Positions 1 through 11,572 of a stretch of DNA of 61,258 nucleotides are shown here, piece after piece. The stretch comes from Octopus bimaculoides. Its lineage: Eukaryota. Position 1 is the first letter of the stretch. Each line of letters begins with the position of its first letter. Made by a program: the position numbers and the translations under genes. Under the pieces are notes generated by a model. The model was not told the DNA's origin, did not search any database, and saw nothing but the letters and a program-made list of their open reading frames with translations. Location: NCBI RefSeq assembly GCF_001194135.2, contig NC_069000.1:6190633-6251890 (forward strand), given 5' to 3'.

Positions 1-208
1 TATATATATATATATATATGTATATACACACAAACAAGTATTTATGTACGTATGTATGTATGTATGCATACATACACATATGTAAACTGATTACATGTAT
101 AAATTTTGCATTGCAGATATATTTTTATGGCACATAAACACCAATTGAACTAAGTGTATATGTGCATATATATATGTGTGTGTATGTGTGTGTGTATATC
201 TAGCTAGC

Positions 209-275
<67 letters not shown>

Positions 276-295
276 TTAGACAGATAGATAGGTGA

Positions 296-630
296 AAGGC
301 GCGCAGGCTCGTCTATGTAATTTAGAACTTGGCTGGACAACCATGTAATTTCGAGTTTATCCCCACATCGCTGCGCCTTGGGCAAGTGAATTTGGCAGAC
401 GATAAGTGTGTGGGAGCTCACCCTATATTTTTATGTACATTTGTATGTGTGTGTGTGTGTGTCTTTGTGTTCATGTTAGTCCGTGTCTGTGTTAGTCTCA
501 CCTCACCGACTGACTGCCTGTGTTAGTTTATGACCCCATATTTTAGCGGTTCGGCAAAGGAAATCGATAGAATTATGAATACTAGCGTCGATTTCTTTTG
601 ACTGAATACATTTTAATGTTGTGCCCCAGT
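296..630 (+). mobile_element. SINE family A, diverged, with long tail
   Basis: Degenerate head, CCTTGGGCAAGT, internal (TG)n, and tail TTAGCGGTTCGGCAAA..GATAGAAT. Confidence 0.65.
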
Positions 631-993
631 AATGTCACAATTCAATGGCACACTGAGACACACATGAATGATAGGCAGAGATGAGATAGATGAGAGAGAG
701 ACAGAGAAAGGGGAGAGAGAGAGAGACGGAATGTGAGGTTAGAGACAAAGGAACAAAAGGAAAAGTATGACAGAGACGGGGAGGGAGGGAGAGAGAGAGA
801 GAGAGGAAGAGGTATTGGGAGAAGAGAGAGAAAGGAAGAGGTATTGGGAGAAGAGAGAGAGAAAAGGATTGAAAGAGGGAGAGAGATAGATGGAGAGAGG
901 AAGAGAGAGAGAAAGATAGAGAAAGGAAGGAGAGAGGAAGAGATAGGGCGATGGAGATGCGAAGCTGAGGGAGAGAGACAAAGAAAGACAAGC

Positions 994-1025
<32 letters not shown>

Positions 1026-1270
1026 CGTGTGTGTGTGTGTGTGTGTGTTTGTCTTTAAGTGGGGAGGGGGTACGCGCGTGCATATAAGCATTGGACAAAA
1101 TGACTTTGGCACAACATTCCAGATTCAGTTTTTGCAAAATGTCAAACGACGACAAAACAGTTTTGAAGAGAGGAGAACGTTTGTTAAGTTAATTACTGAA
1201 AGAAAAGGTTACACACCGTGAAAATTTTGTCTGATAGTGTTGATATTGACTGACTTTTTTTCCATTTCTA

Positions 1271-1304
<34 letters not shown>

Positions 1305-1426
1305 TATCTACCTCTATTTTTGGTTACCTATGTCTGTCTCTATTCCTCTCTGTATATCTACCTCTCCGTATGTCACTGCCTCTCTGCATTTCTCTTTCTC
1401 AGTCTGTCTCTTACTTCCCCCCACTC

Positions 1427-1471
<45 letters not shown>

Positions 1472-1982
1472 GCGTGTATCTGCCTCTACCTTTGTACATT
1501 TATCTCTCCATACGTTGGTATCTTTCTCGCTCGCTGTTTCCCCTCCTCTCTCTCTCAATACACACACACACACATATACAAGTAAATCGGTGACAAACAG
1601 CGAATTCAAGTACAAAAGCGAAAACAGCAAAAAGACAAATGGACACTCGTACACAGTGAATACATTAGTTTGACGCTCGGTGAAAGTTCACATGGAAAAT
1701 GAAAGCAACAGTATGACGTTTTGAGCATGGCTCTTCGTCGTAGCGAGGAAGAAATTCCAGAGAAAAGGAAAAAGAAGAAAGAACGAATAGTCTAGAGAAA
1801 AGCACATGGGTTGCTAAACGACTTTCTGACGAACGGTTAATGTGAAACTTTTGAGTAACAGTTTGTGAGCTTTATTTCGGTTTTAATAAGATAGTGTTTT
1901 ACTCCACTTTTCACATCCGAGTCCTATTTTCTCCATTTTGTTTTGTACTTATGTGCTCACGTGCGAGTATACACACGTGTGT

Positions 1983-2013
<31 letters not shown>

Positions 2014-2040
2014 AGTCTATCTATCTGTGTATTTATGCTC

Positions 2041-2135
2041 GTGTTAACAACAAACTAGATGAGGACAAATATCCGTCAATTGTAAATAATGTAAATAATG
2101 TACATAAGTCCTCATCTCTTAAATATAGAACTGTA
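2041..2135 (+). mobile_element. HHR family-1 element, 5'-truncated at the predicted cleavage site
   Basis: Homology starts at GTGTTAACAAC (2041) and ends at ...TTAAATATAGAACTGTA, the same 3' end as the 13649 and 29499 copies. Confidence 0.8.
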
Positions 2136-2254
2136 TTTGAAAACCGTCTTGTTTCCAGCGACAAGGCTACATTCCATACGAATGGCAAAATATTCACATT
2201 TGGGGCGAAGAAAATCCCCATGACACAATTGAACACGAAAGGGACTTTGTGTTT

Positions 2255-2283
2255 GTCAAGCGATGTTGGGGGGACAAACACAG

Positions 2284-2315
<32 letters not shown>

Positions 2316-2496
2316 GTATATATACATATATACAACGGGCTTCTTTCAGTTTCCGTCTACCAAATGCACTCACGAGGCTTTGGTCGGCCCGAGGCTATAG
2401 TAGAAGATACTTGCCCAAGGTGCCACGCAGTGGGACTGAACCCGGAACCATGTGGCTGGTTAGCAAGCTACTTACCACACAGCCACTCCTGCGCCT
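2255..2496 (-). mobile_element. tRNA-derived SINE family A
   Basis: Minus strand reads AGGCGCAGGAGTGGCTGTGTGG (A box) ... GGTTCAGTCCC (B box) ... CCTTGGGCAAGT ... GGTAGACGGAAACTGAAAGAAGCC, followed by an internal microsatellite. Many copies occur in the window. Confidence 0.85.
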
Positions 2497-2685
2497 ATGT
2501 ATCTCCTTCAATCATTTGAGTAAAATTTTATATTTTAGAGAGTGACCACCTTTGGTTCGGAAAAAATCTGTCATCCGGAAAGGCAACGGTAGCCAAATTT
2601 CCGGAAAATCGATGTTGTACCTCTACGTGTATATGTCACTGCCGACTAAAATCTTAGCTTTGTTCTAAAGTACATTACATGTAAG

Positions 2686-2761
<76 letters not shown>

Positions 2762-3292
2762 ACCAGCAGACGCTCACACAGAAACATACACACATACGCA
2801 TACACAAGAGAGGGAGGGAGAGCAAAGAGGTAGAAGAAAAAAGAGAGAAAGAAGCCACGAAGAGGCGTTTGTAAAGGGAGGAACTGTTAAATGAGAAGAG
2901 ATAAGCAGATTAACTACTTTAATCCACCACTAATCCGATTAAAGTTATATATATGTTTGTGTGTGTGAGCGTGTGAGTGCGTGTTTGTGTGTGCGTGCGT
3001 GTATGTGTGCGTGTGTACATATATATGTATACATATACATATATATATGTATGCATGTATGTCTATGCATATATATATATTTATATATAAGTGTGTATAT
3101 AGACATATGCATATAGATATATGTATATACACACATGTATACCCGTATATACATACATATTTGTGTGTGTATGTGTGTACATATATATGAATGAATGTGT
3201 GTTTGTCTAAATGACTGTGTATGTGTATAAGTACGTATACGTGTGTGCATGTATGTATGTATGTATATTTATGTATGTATATACCCGCTCGT

Positions 3293-3405
3293 ATACTCTT
3301 ACTCTTTTACTTGTTTCAGTCATTTGACAGCGGCCATGCTGGAGCNNNNNNNNNNNNNNNNNNNNNNNNNNNNNNNNNNNNNNNNNNNNNNNNNNNNNNN
3401 NNNNN

Positions 3406-3440
<35 letters not shown>

Positions 3441-3579
3441 TATATATATATATATATACATATATACGACGGGCTTCTTTCAGTTTCTGTCTACCAAATC
3501 CACTCACAAGGTTTTAGTCGGCCCGAGGCTATAGTAGAAGACACTTGCCCAAGGTGCTACACAGTGGGACTGAACCCAG
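3293..3579 (-). mobile_element. SINE family A spanning an N gap
   Basis: Tail end at 3293-3345 and body at 3465-3579. The head is cut at the B box and joined to the R4 fragment. Confidence 0.7.
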
Positions 3580-3599
3580 AACAAGATCTGATTGGAGAG

Positions 3600-3870
3600 G
3601 GCAAAATTTTAACAAATGAGGGTAGAGTGGATATCAAAGAAATTGAGAAATATCAGGACATGGCCAGAGAGATGGAGATATTGTCGAAGACAAAGCTGGT
3701 AAATGTATCTGTTGTACTTGAGGTACTTAGTACAACGCACAAACTGCTACCGGAAGCTAAAGGATATTGGAATTGAAACAGGCACCGTTGACTAGCAAAC
3801 AGTACTATTCTGGTACTCTGTTAGAATCCTAAGAAAGATTCTTGAGATTCGAAGAGATTTGTCACTGAAC
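3600..3870 (+). pseudogene. Decayed R4-clade restriction-like endonuclease fragment
   Basis: Reads EIEKYQDMAREMEILSKTKLVNVSVVLEVLS...RILRKILEI, matching the recalled K.EKY.DL..E...W..V.PVV.G.LG...ILR pattern. Confidence 0.6.
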
Positions 3871-3939
3871 TTCAGAGAGATATTACTACAGGTTAAGTTT
3901 GCATGTAATGGCTTTCTGGTAACGGTCCTTTCTTATTTT

Positions 3940-4136
3940 GGCACAAGGCCTGCAAATTTGAAGGGTGGGCACGTCGGTAACATCAACTCCAGTATTTAAC
4001 AGGTACATAGTTCAATGACTCCGAAAGGATGAAAGGCGAAGTCGGTCTCGGCGGAATTTGAACTCGGAACGTAACGCTGGAATAATTGCCGTCGAGCACT
4101 AGGTCCAGCGTAGTAACGATTCTGCTAGATCGCCTT
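3940..4136 (-). mobile_element. SINE family B
   Basis: GAAAGGATGAAAGGCGAAGTCGGTCTCGGCGGAATTTGAACTC...CGATTCTGCTAGATCGCCTT. Confidence 0.8.
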
Positions 4137-4203
<67 letters not shown>

Positions 4204-4486
4204 TCAGATTCCAGGAAACCCCAAAATGGCTGAAGTTCAAAAGATAGTGCTCATGGGAACTGCCCATATCCTACGTAAAATACTATCTATGTGATCTCAA
4301 ATTTTGAAGCAAACACATAATTTTCTTATGGTTTCTTAAACATTCACTTGAACAAAACTGTACAAATCCAAATATATGGTACCCTAGGCATAACACCTAC
4401 ATGAACTTCTAACTTGTTGTCTCTTGAGGTCTTTGGGTGAGACTTGGATCCAACTTGTACAAATGCAAAACAAAAGTCAAACATAA
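4204..4486 (+). mobile_element. 5'-truncated R4/Dong-like non-LTR retrotransposon 3' end inside (TAA)n
   Basis: 4205-4294 encodes QIPGNPKMAEVQKIVLMGTAHILRKILSM*, the typical terminal QK.VL.GTA.ILR motif after an RLE domain. About 190 bp of 3' UTR follows. (AAT)n runs flank both sides (4138-4203 and 4487-4536). Confidence 0.75.
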
Positions 4487-4533
4487 AATAATAATAATAA
4501 TAATAATAATGATAATAATAATAATAATAATAA

Positions 4534-4564
<31 letters not shown>

Positions 4565-5421
4565 AAGAAGAAGAAGAAGAAGAAGAAGAAGAATGAATGA
4601 ATGAATGAATAATTTTTTGTGACAAGCAATCATATATGAACAAGAACTGTACAGACATATTCGCATACATACATACATACATACATACATACAAACTTAC
4701 ATACATATATATATGTATGTATGTATGTATGTATGCATGTATGTATGTGTGTGTGTGTGTATATGGTATACATGTACCGAATGACTGATTGTTTGTCATT
4801 AACGTGCAGGTATATATATTTGCAGTTTTTTCAAAAGCTGCTTTTAGCTCTTGACATTATCTGAGAAAAGCTAAAGAATTAAAACTGCCTTTGGATAACT
4901 GAACAGACAAACATTGTGGCAGGCAACGCGGTGGTGGTGGTGGTGGTGGTGGTGGTGGTGCAGACGTGTCTATTATTTCATTGATAATAAATTACTAACC
5001 ACAGGACTCGCGCGCGCGCGCATTCACTCTCTATTTCACACAATACTCACACACACTCACACATATTCTCTCTCTTTCTTTATCTCTCTCTCACACACAT
5101 ACACTCTTACACAAACACTCTCTCACACACGCACGTACACACACACACACACACACACACACAATCGTTTTGTAAAATAAGAATAGAGTTAGGCACGTTC
5201 CTGAAAACAACGACACTAAGAAGCCTTTGTTTAAATGTTGTTTAAACATTCGTACAAAGTGAGTTTTGGTTTCGCAGAGAAAGATATGTTCCCTTGTTTG
5301 GTATTCGTTCTGGCCTCTTACGCCCTGAGTTCAAATCTAGTTAATTCCGGCATTATCTTTATGGTTGATGAAATAAAGTGCCTCTTAAGATCTCATTTCT
5401 TTTTTCGTGAGCTCTAAAATG

Positions 5422-5757
5422 TAAAAGAACCCCTTCGGTCATGAATGACCATGGGATTGCACCTAAAAGGTTCACCTCTGAGGCACAAGTCCAGACAAGG
5501 TTGTTTATGGAAGACCAGCAGTCGTCCATGAATACCAGTCTTCCGTCTCCACGCCACCGATGTTATCCAAGAGAAAGGCAAACGTTCACACAACGTGGCA
5601 CCAGTGACGTCCCAACGCATTTCCACAGAGGAATGAACTGGAACAACGGGAAATAAAGTGTCTTGCTCAAGAAAACAATGCACATCCCGATCTGGGTATC
5701 AAACTTGCAACCTCACGATTGTAAGCCCAAAACGCTGACCACTGAACCATTCGCCTT
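5422..5757 (-). mobile_element. tRNA-derived SINE family C
   Basis: Minus strand has a tRNA-like head, then TTCTTGAGCAAGACACTTTATTTC..TTCCAGTTCA, then a tail ending GGTCATTCATGACCGAAGGGG. Confidence 0.8.
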
Positions 5758-5764
5758 CTAGAAG

Positions 5765-5990
5765 GTTGATTGCCCGGTTTCCATGGCATATAAGTGATCG
5801 AGATGACAACAATCCATCTGAACGGGACGCCATTCTGTTGCAAGGTTCATGTCCAGCAATATGGTTGTTTTATTGACCTTGGAATGACAATGATGAGCTT
5901 GGTGGGATTTGAACTCAGAATGTAACGATGGACAAAATGCCGCTTAGCATCACGTCCAACGTGCAAACGATTCTGCCAGCTCACCACCTT
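5765..5990 (-). mobile_element. SINE family B head with a different tail
   Basis: B-type head at 5865-5990. 5765-5860 does not match the usual B tail. Confidence 0.6.
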
Positions 5991-6077
5991 ACTCAAGATC
6001 TGGGATCGGTTTTAAATTATTGCAGATGTCTATCGATCTACATTTAACATTCGGTCAGGACGCCTCTATGTGATGGC

Positions 6078-6133
<56 letters not shown>

Positions 6134-6443
6134 GATGATGAGTTAAATCGGAGTTTCGGTGATTATAAATCATGAACTGATTTTTGGATAATCCAACTGT
6201 TTATCTGGATTGGGNNNNNNNNNNNNNNNNNNNNNNNNNNNNNNNNNNNNNNNNNNNNNNNNNNNNNNNNNNNNNNNNNNNNNNNNNNNNNNNNNNNNNN
6301 NNNNNNNNNNNNNNNNNNNNNNNNNNNNNNNNNNNNNNNNNNNNNNNNNNNNNNNNNNNNNNNNNNNNNNNNNNNNNNNNNNNNNNNNNNNNNNNNNNNN
6401 NNNNNNNNNNNNNNNNNNNNNNNNNNNNNNNNNNNNNNNNNNN

Positions 6444-6513
<70 letters not shown>

Positions 6514-6746
6514 GTGTATGCAAGAAATCAGATCCGGGTCAGGTTGGGCCCCACCAGGTTAAAAATGCCCAACACGTGCCGTATGGCACGACAGAGGTCC
6601 GTACGACTCCAGCAGGAATAAAAATAAGCTGATAGCAAAAGTTTTCAGCGCTCCGTGGGGCATGGATACCTTTAGCGAGCTCATACTGTGCCACCTAAAT
6701 TAATTAGCTACTACTGCTGCTACTGATGATGATGATGATGATGATT

Positions 6747-6796
<50 letters not shown>

Positions 6797-6980
6797 ATGA
6801 TGATGATGTTGATGATATAGAAGCTTTCTTAATCAAGTTTCAGAAGCGACGGTGGGGACACATTCTTTCAACGGTATAACACCAAATTCGAAGATAATTT
6901 GAAACGCCTCAACATTAGGAAAGAAAACTTTCGAGAATCTTGCGAGAAATCGTGCAGTCTGAGGAGAAAGTGGTTTTTCT

Positions 6981-7123
6981 ACATTGTTTACATTATTTAC
7001 ATTATTTACATTATTTACATTATTTACATTTGACGGATATTTGTCATCTTGTTTGTTGTTAACACAACGTTTCGGCTGATATACCCTACGGCCTTCGTCA
7101 GGTGTCATGGGGGAAATTTCGAA
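6981..7123 (-). mobile_element. HHR family-1 short element (Penelope-like derivative)
   Basis: Shares GTGTTAACAACAAACAAGATGA..CAAATATCCGTCAAATGTAAATAATG with the copies at 2041, 13649 and 29499. The internal AATGTAAAT unit is expanded. Confidence 0.8.
7061..7106 (-). ncRNA. Minimal type I hammerhead ribozyme motif, family 1
   Basis: Minus strand reads GACAC-CTGACGA-a-GGCCG-tagggtatat-CAGCC-GAA-ACGT-T-GTGTT. It has the CUGANGA and GAAA cores, stem I GACAC/GTGTT, palindromic ACGU stem III and a GUU site. Stem II has one C.A mismatch. Confidence 0.7.
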
Positions 7124-8127
7124 CATACATACGTACATACATGCGTACATACATGCATACATACATACGTACGAACATACATACATACATACATACATAC
7201 ATACATACATGCATGCATACATACATACGTACGTACGAACGTACGTACATACATAGTATGTATGTACATACATACATACATACATACATACACGCATGCA
7301 TGCATATATACATAATACATACATTCATGCTTACATGCATACATACATACATGCATACATACGTACATNNNNNNNNNNNNNNNNNNNNNNNNNNNNNNNN
7401 NNNNNNNNNNNNNNNNNNNNNNNNNNNNNNNNNNNNNNNNNNNNNNNNNNNNNNNNNNNNNNNNNNNNNNNNNNNNNNNNNNNNNNNNNNNNNNNNNNNN
7501 NNNNNNNNNNNNNNNNNNNNNNNNNNNNNNNNNNNNNNNNNNNNNNNNNNNNNNNNNNNNNNNNNNNNNNNNNNNNNNNNNNNNNNNNNNNNNNNNNNNN
7601 NNNNNNNNNNNNNNNNNNNNNNNNNNNNNNNNNNNNNNNNNNNNNNNNNNNNNNNNNNNNNNNNNNNNNNNNNNNNNNNNNNNNNNNNNNNNNNNNNNNN
7701 NNNNNNNNNNNNNNNNNNNNNNNNNNNNNNNNNNNNNNNNNNNNNNNNNNNNNNNNNNNNNNNNNNNNNNNNNNNNNNNNNNNNNNNNNNNNNNNNNNNN
7801 NNNNNNNNNNNNNNNNNNNNNNNNNNNNNNNNGATATAACCTCACGAATACTTACAGATTCTTCTTATTAAACAATGGGGGAAAAAGTAAATCAGTTCCT
7901 AATATTTTGACAGGTGTTTTATTTCATCGACCCCCCCAGAAATGACAAAAGGCTAAGGCAGCGTACCCACGGGTGAGGCCTGAATTCAGGACAGCAAACT
8001 TGTAACCCAAGTAAGCTTAGGTTTCATGACCGCGGTAAGCAGCCAGGCATAAATTCACCTTACACAATTGATCACGTACGCATGGTTTTTGCAAAGCCTT
8101 CCAATTATTGTTGGCGCAGGCCTTACT

Positions 8128-8164
<37 letters not shown>

Positions 8165-9694
8165 TAGTAGTAGTATGATCTCTCCCCTCTCATCTCATTT
8201 CGTTGCATGATGGCCTTCGTTTCTTGATAGGAAGTAGTCGGAAAAAAAAGATGTCTCTGTCCTTCTCTTTCTGTTCTGCTAATTAAAAAAAAAAATCTCT
8301 TTTAAGACTGGCTCTTGGATTAGTGACGTAAGCGGCAGAGGAAAGGATTAAGTGCGATTAACAATTGAAGGTAATCGCACAACTGAAGGATAATAAATCT
8401 TTTATTTGTAAATTAGGAGATGTGTGAGTTTCTAATTTATCACGGTCAGGCCATTCATAAAATGCATCAGCAAATCTTGTTATAGAAAATTGTTCATTCA
8501 ACGTTGGTGGCGGAGTGGTAGAGACGTTAACCAGTGGGATAAAAAAACGTCTTGTACTATTTGTTCCACGTTCAAATCCAATCAATGTTATAGGTTTTTT
8601 TTTTCCACCCCATCCTTTCAAGATCGATACAATAAACAACCAATCCAGAATAGTGGTTAACGGAGTTGTTAAAATGTCTGCTCTTTATATTCTGAGTTCT
8701 TAGATAGCAAATTTGATCCCTCAGCTGGTTTAAACATTACTAGTTCACCCTTAGGTTCCACTAGAAGGGGGCCACTCTGTTGCAAGCAATTTTTTCCCTG
8801 GGCTCTCGTTTGAAGAAATTTTGGTTAAGAACTACTGCTCTGCAGGGATTTGAAATTGGTGTATAAAAAGTATTCTACGATTTTGTACAACATCAACCAA
8901 ATACTAGGCGGTAGTGTTAAACAAGGCGACAGATTAGATCTACTACTAAATGTGCTTTATCTAACAACTAAATAACAAGCGGTGATATTCAACAGCGCTA
9001 GGAATTAGGTTTGCCTTTCAATGGGGGTATATTGTAACAACGAAATACCTTTTCTGCAAAACTATCGTTGATTGAAAAGCATTTTTCAAAACGCTAAAAA
9101 TATTTTTCGCACAACTTCTCGCTCTCTTTCTATCATTATTTCCCACATTCTTTCTATATTTTCATCCGCTTCTTTTTCCTTTCATTAAAAAAAAAAATAG
9201 AACAAAAACAGAAGGATTTCATATTAATTCTTTTCTTTCTTTCTTTCTTTCTTTCTTTCTATTCATTTNNNNNNNNNNNNNNNNNNNNNNNNNNNNNNNN
9301 NNNNNNNNNNNNNNNNNNNNNNNNNNNNNNNNNNNNNNNNNNNNNNNNNNNNNNNNNNNNNNNNNNNNNNNNNNNNNNNNNNNNNNNNNNNNNNNNNNNN
9401 NNNNNNNNNNNNNNNNNNNNNNNNNNNNNNNNNNNNNNNNNNNNNNNNNNNNNNNNNNNNNNNNNNNNNNNNNNNNNNNNNNNNNNNNNNNNNNNNNNNN
9501 NNNNNNNNNNNNNNNNNNNNNNNNNNNNNNNNNNNNNNNNNNNNNNNNNNNNNNNNNNNNNNNNNNNNNNNNNNNNNNNNNNNNNNNNNNNNNNNNNNNN
9601 NNNNNNNNNNNNNNNNNNNNNNNNNNNNNNNNNNNNNNNNNNNNNNNNNNNNNNNNNNNNNNNNNNNNNNNNNNNNNNNNNNNNNNNNNNNNNN

Positions 9695-9738
<44 letters not shown>

Positions 9739-9943
9739 TGTGTGTGCGCGTGTGTATATGCATGTATGTATATATATGTTTCTATGTCAGCGTATATACA
9801 TGAATGAATGTGTATGTGTATATATGTGTATATATGTGTATTTGAGGACACAGATCACATTCACGTACTCATAGACGCATAAACACATTCATGCATTCAT
9901 ACAATCATACAAACACACATGCATAAGCATACACATCTACACA

Positions 9944-9978
<35 letters not shown>

Positions 9979-10065
9979 AGAGAAAAACAGAGAATGAGAA
10001 GAGATATAGAATGCAGCTTCGTGTGGACATTGGGAGACAGACGGACGGACAGGCAAACAGGCAGG

Positions 10066-10148
<83 letters not shown>

Positions 10149-10210
10149 GCAGGCAGGTAGGCATGCAGGCACATACATACATAAACAGACAGACAGAAGG
10201 ACAGACAGGC

Positions 10211-10251
<41 letters not shown>

Positions 10252-10364
10252 CTCAAGCCGGCAATAAATTCATTTTATATTGTTTTATGAGATTTATATA
10301 TATTTTCATGTAAAGCTTTTCTTTCTATCTTTTTCAATTATTTTACTTTATGTATTTCTCTCAG

Positions 10365-10543
10365 CGATGACATGTGACAGGAGTTGTCTTCTCTCCCGGA
10401 GGGGGACACTGTCGACAGAGAAATGTCGGTCAGAACAAACCAATGAAATGAGTGACACGGCAGCGGATGCTGTGATGGAAAATATTTCACACAATACAAA
10501 CTGTAGCACTGGACATGTTGTCACAATAACGATTGCATGACAG
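10365..10543 (+). other. Putative spliced exon (179 nt; 5' UTR or first coding)
   Basis: Long pyrimidine tract ending TTTCTCTCAG|, a GC-elevated non-repeat body, and donor CAG|GTATGT. The exon ends in ATG ACA G. Confidence 0.45.
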
Positions 10544-10740
10544 GTATGTATACACTTGTGTGTGTGCGCAGGTGTGTGTGTGTGTGCGTGTGTATGCATG
10601 TGTATGTGTATGTGTATGTGCGTGTGCGTGTGTGCGCGTGTGTGCGTGTGTGCGCGTGTGTGCGTATCTGTGTATCTGTGTGTGTGCGCGCGTATCTGCG
10701 TGTGATTGCGCATATATATATATATATATATATATAGACA

Positions 10741-10892
10741 TAAATGGAACAAGAACGCAGTAGAGGGCAATAAAACATTCGGACAGATGGACGATACACA
10801 GGCGGTCAAGAGAAACAACAATTAAAAGGGCAGGCCAAAAAAAGATGGGTCATTCGTGGCCTTCTTTCATCAGTCAAGTTACCAGAAGTCCT
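10741..10892. repeat. Dispersed repeat family E
   Basis: Homologous to 26860-27010. Confidence 0.6.
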
Positions 10893-11543
10893 TATATATA
10901 GATAGATAAATAGATACACGCGCGTATTATAAATATATATATACATACATACACGTATATCTACATGGATACACAAACACATATATACACTTGCATTTGT
11001 GCAGCGGTACAGCTTCCTAGGTCTAACCAACAGTAGTATTATTCCCTTCAGGGGACTGTCACGTTAAGTTGACAGCATACAACTACTTTCCAGAAGTATA
11101 GCATTTAAGTATATATATGAGCATGTCTAGATATGCGAGTATATGCATGAGAAGACATACATAAAACAAAACACACAAATCTGCATAAATACATACATAC
11201 ATACAAAAATATTCTGTTGATGTTATTGAAATTCCAGTGAAGGGGCCGTGGGTCTGGGTTAGAAACCGGCTCGGATCTTTTTTAAAACGGGGGCCACATT
11301 TTTCATTAATGTTTTACGTAGTGTTTTTGGTACCGAAAGACTTTCAAACTTCGTATACTTATCTATTTTGTGTTATAGAACAGAAAAATATTTTTGTATT
11401 CGAATTTATTTCATGTAAAAAATTGTCTTATTTCGATAATTTCAACCAATCACTGACGTCCATTCAGCCGATATACGTTAAGTGCCGACTACATAAACAA
11501 ACGATTCTTCGTTTTATTTGCTTTTTTCATATTAAATTTACTT

Positions 11544-11572
11544 TAACCCTAACCCTAACCCTAACCCTAACC
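11544..11572. repeat. Interstitial (CCCTAA)n telomere-type repeat running into a gap
   Basis: About five TAACCC units followed directly by a 698-N gap. Confidence 0.85.

Noticed and set aside
120-160. TTTATGG/CATAAA motifs suggesting a Hox locus
   Set aside because: No homeobox or recognisable Hox-cluster miRNA was seen, and such motifs are common in AT-rich DNA.
2545-2620. Clustered CCGGAAA motifs
   Set aside because: Too short to tell from chance, and no defining TIR or TSD.
10845-10880. CTGATGA on the minus strand in family E (also about 26986) as an HHR
   Set aside because: No GAAA follows the putative stem II. 37690 and 35463 fail in the same way.
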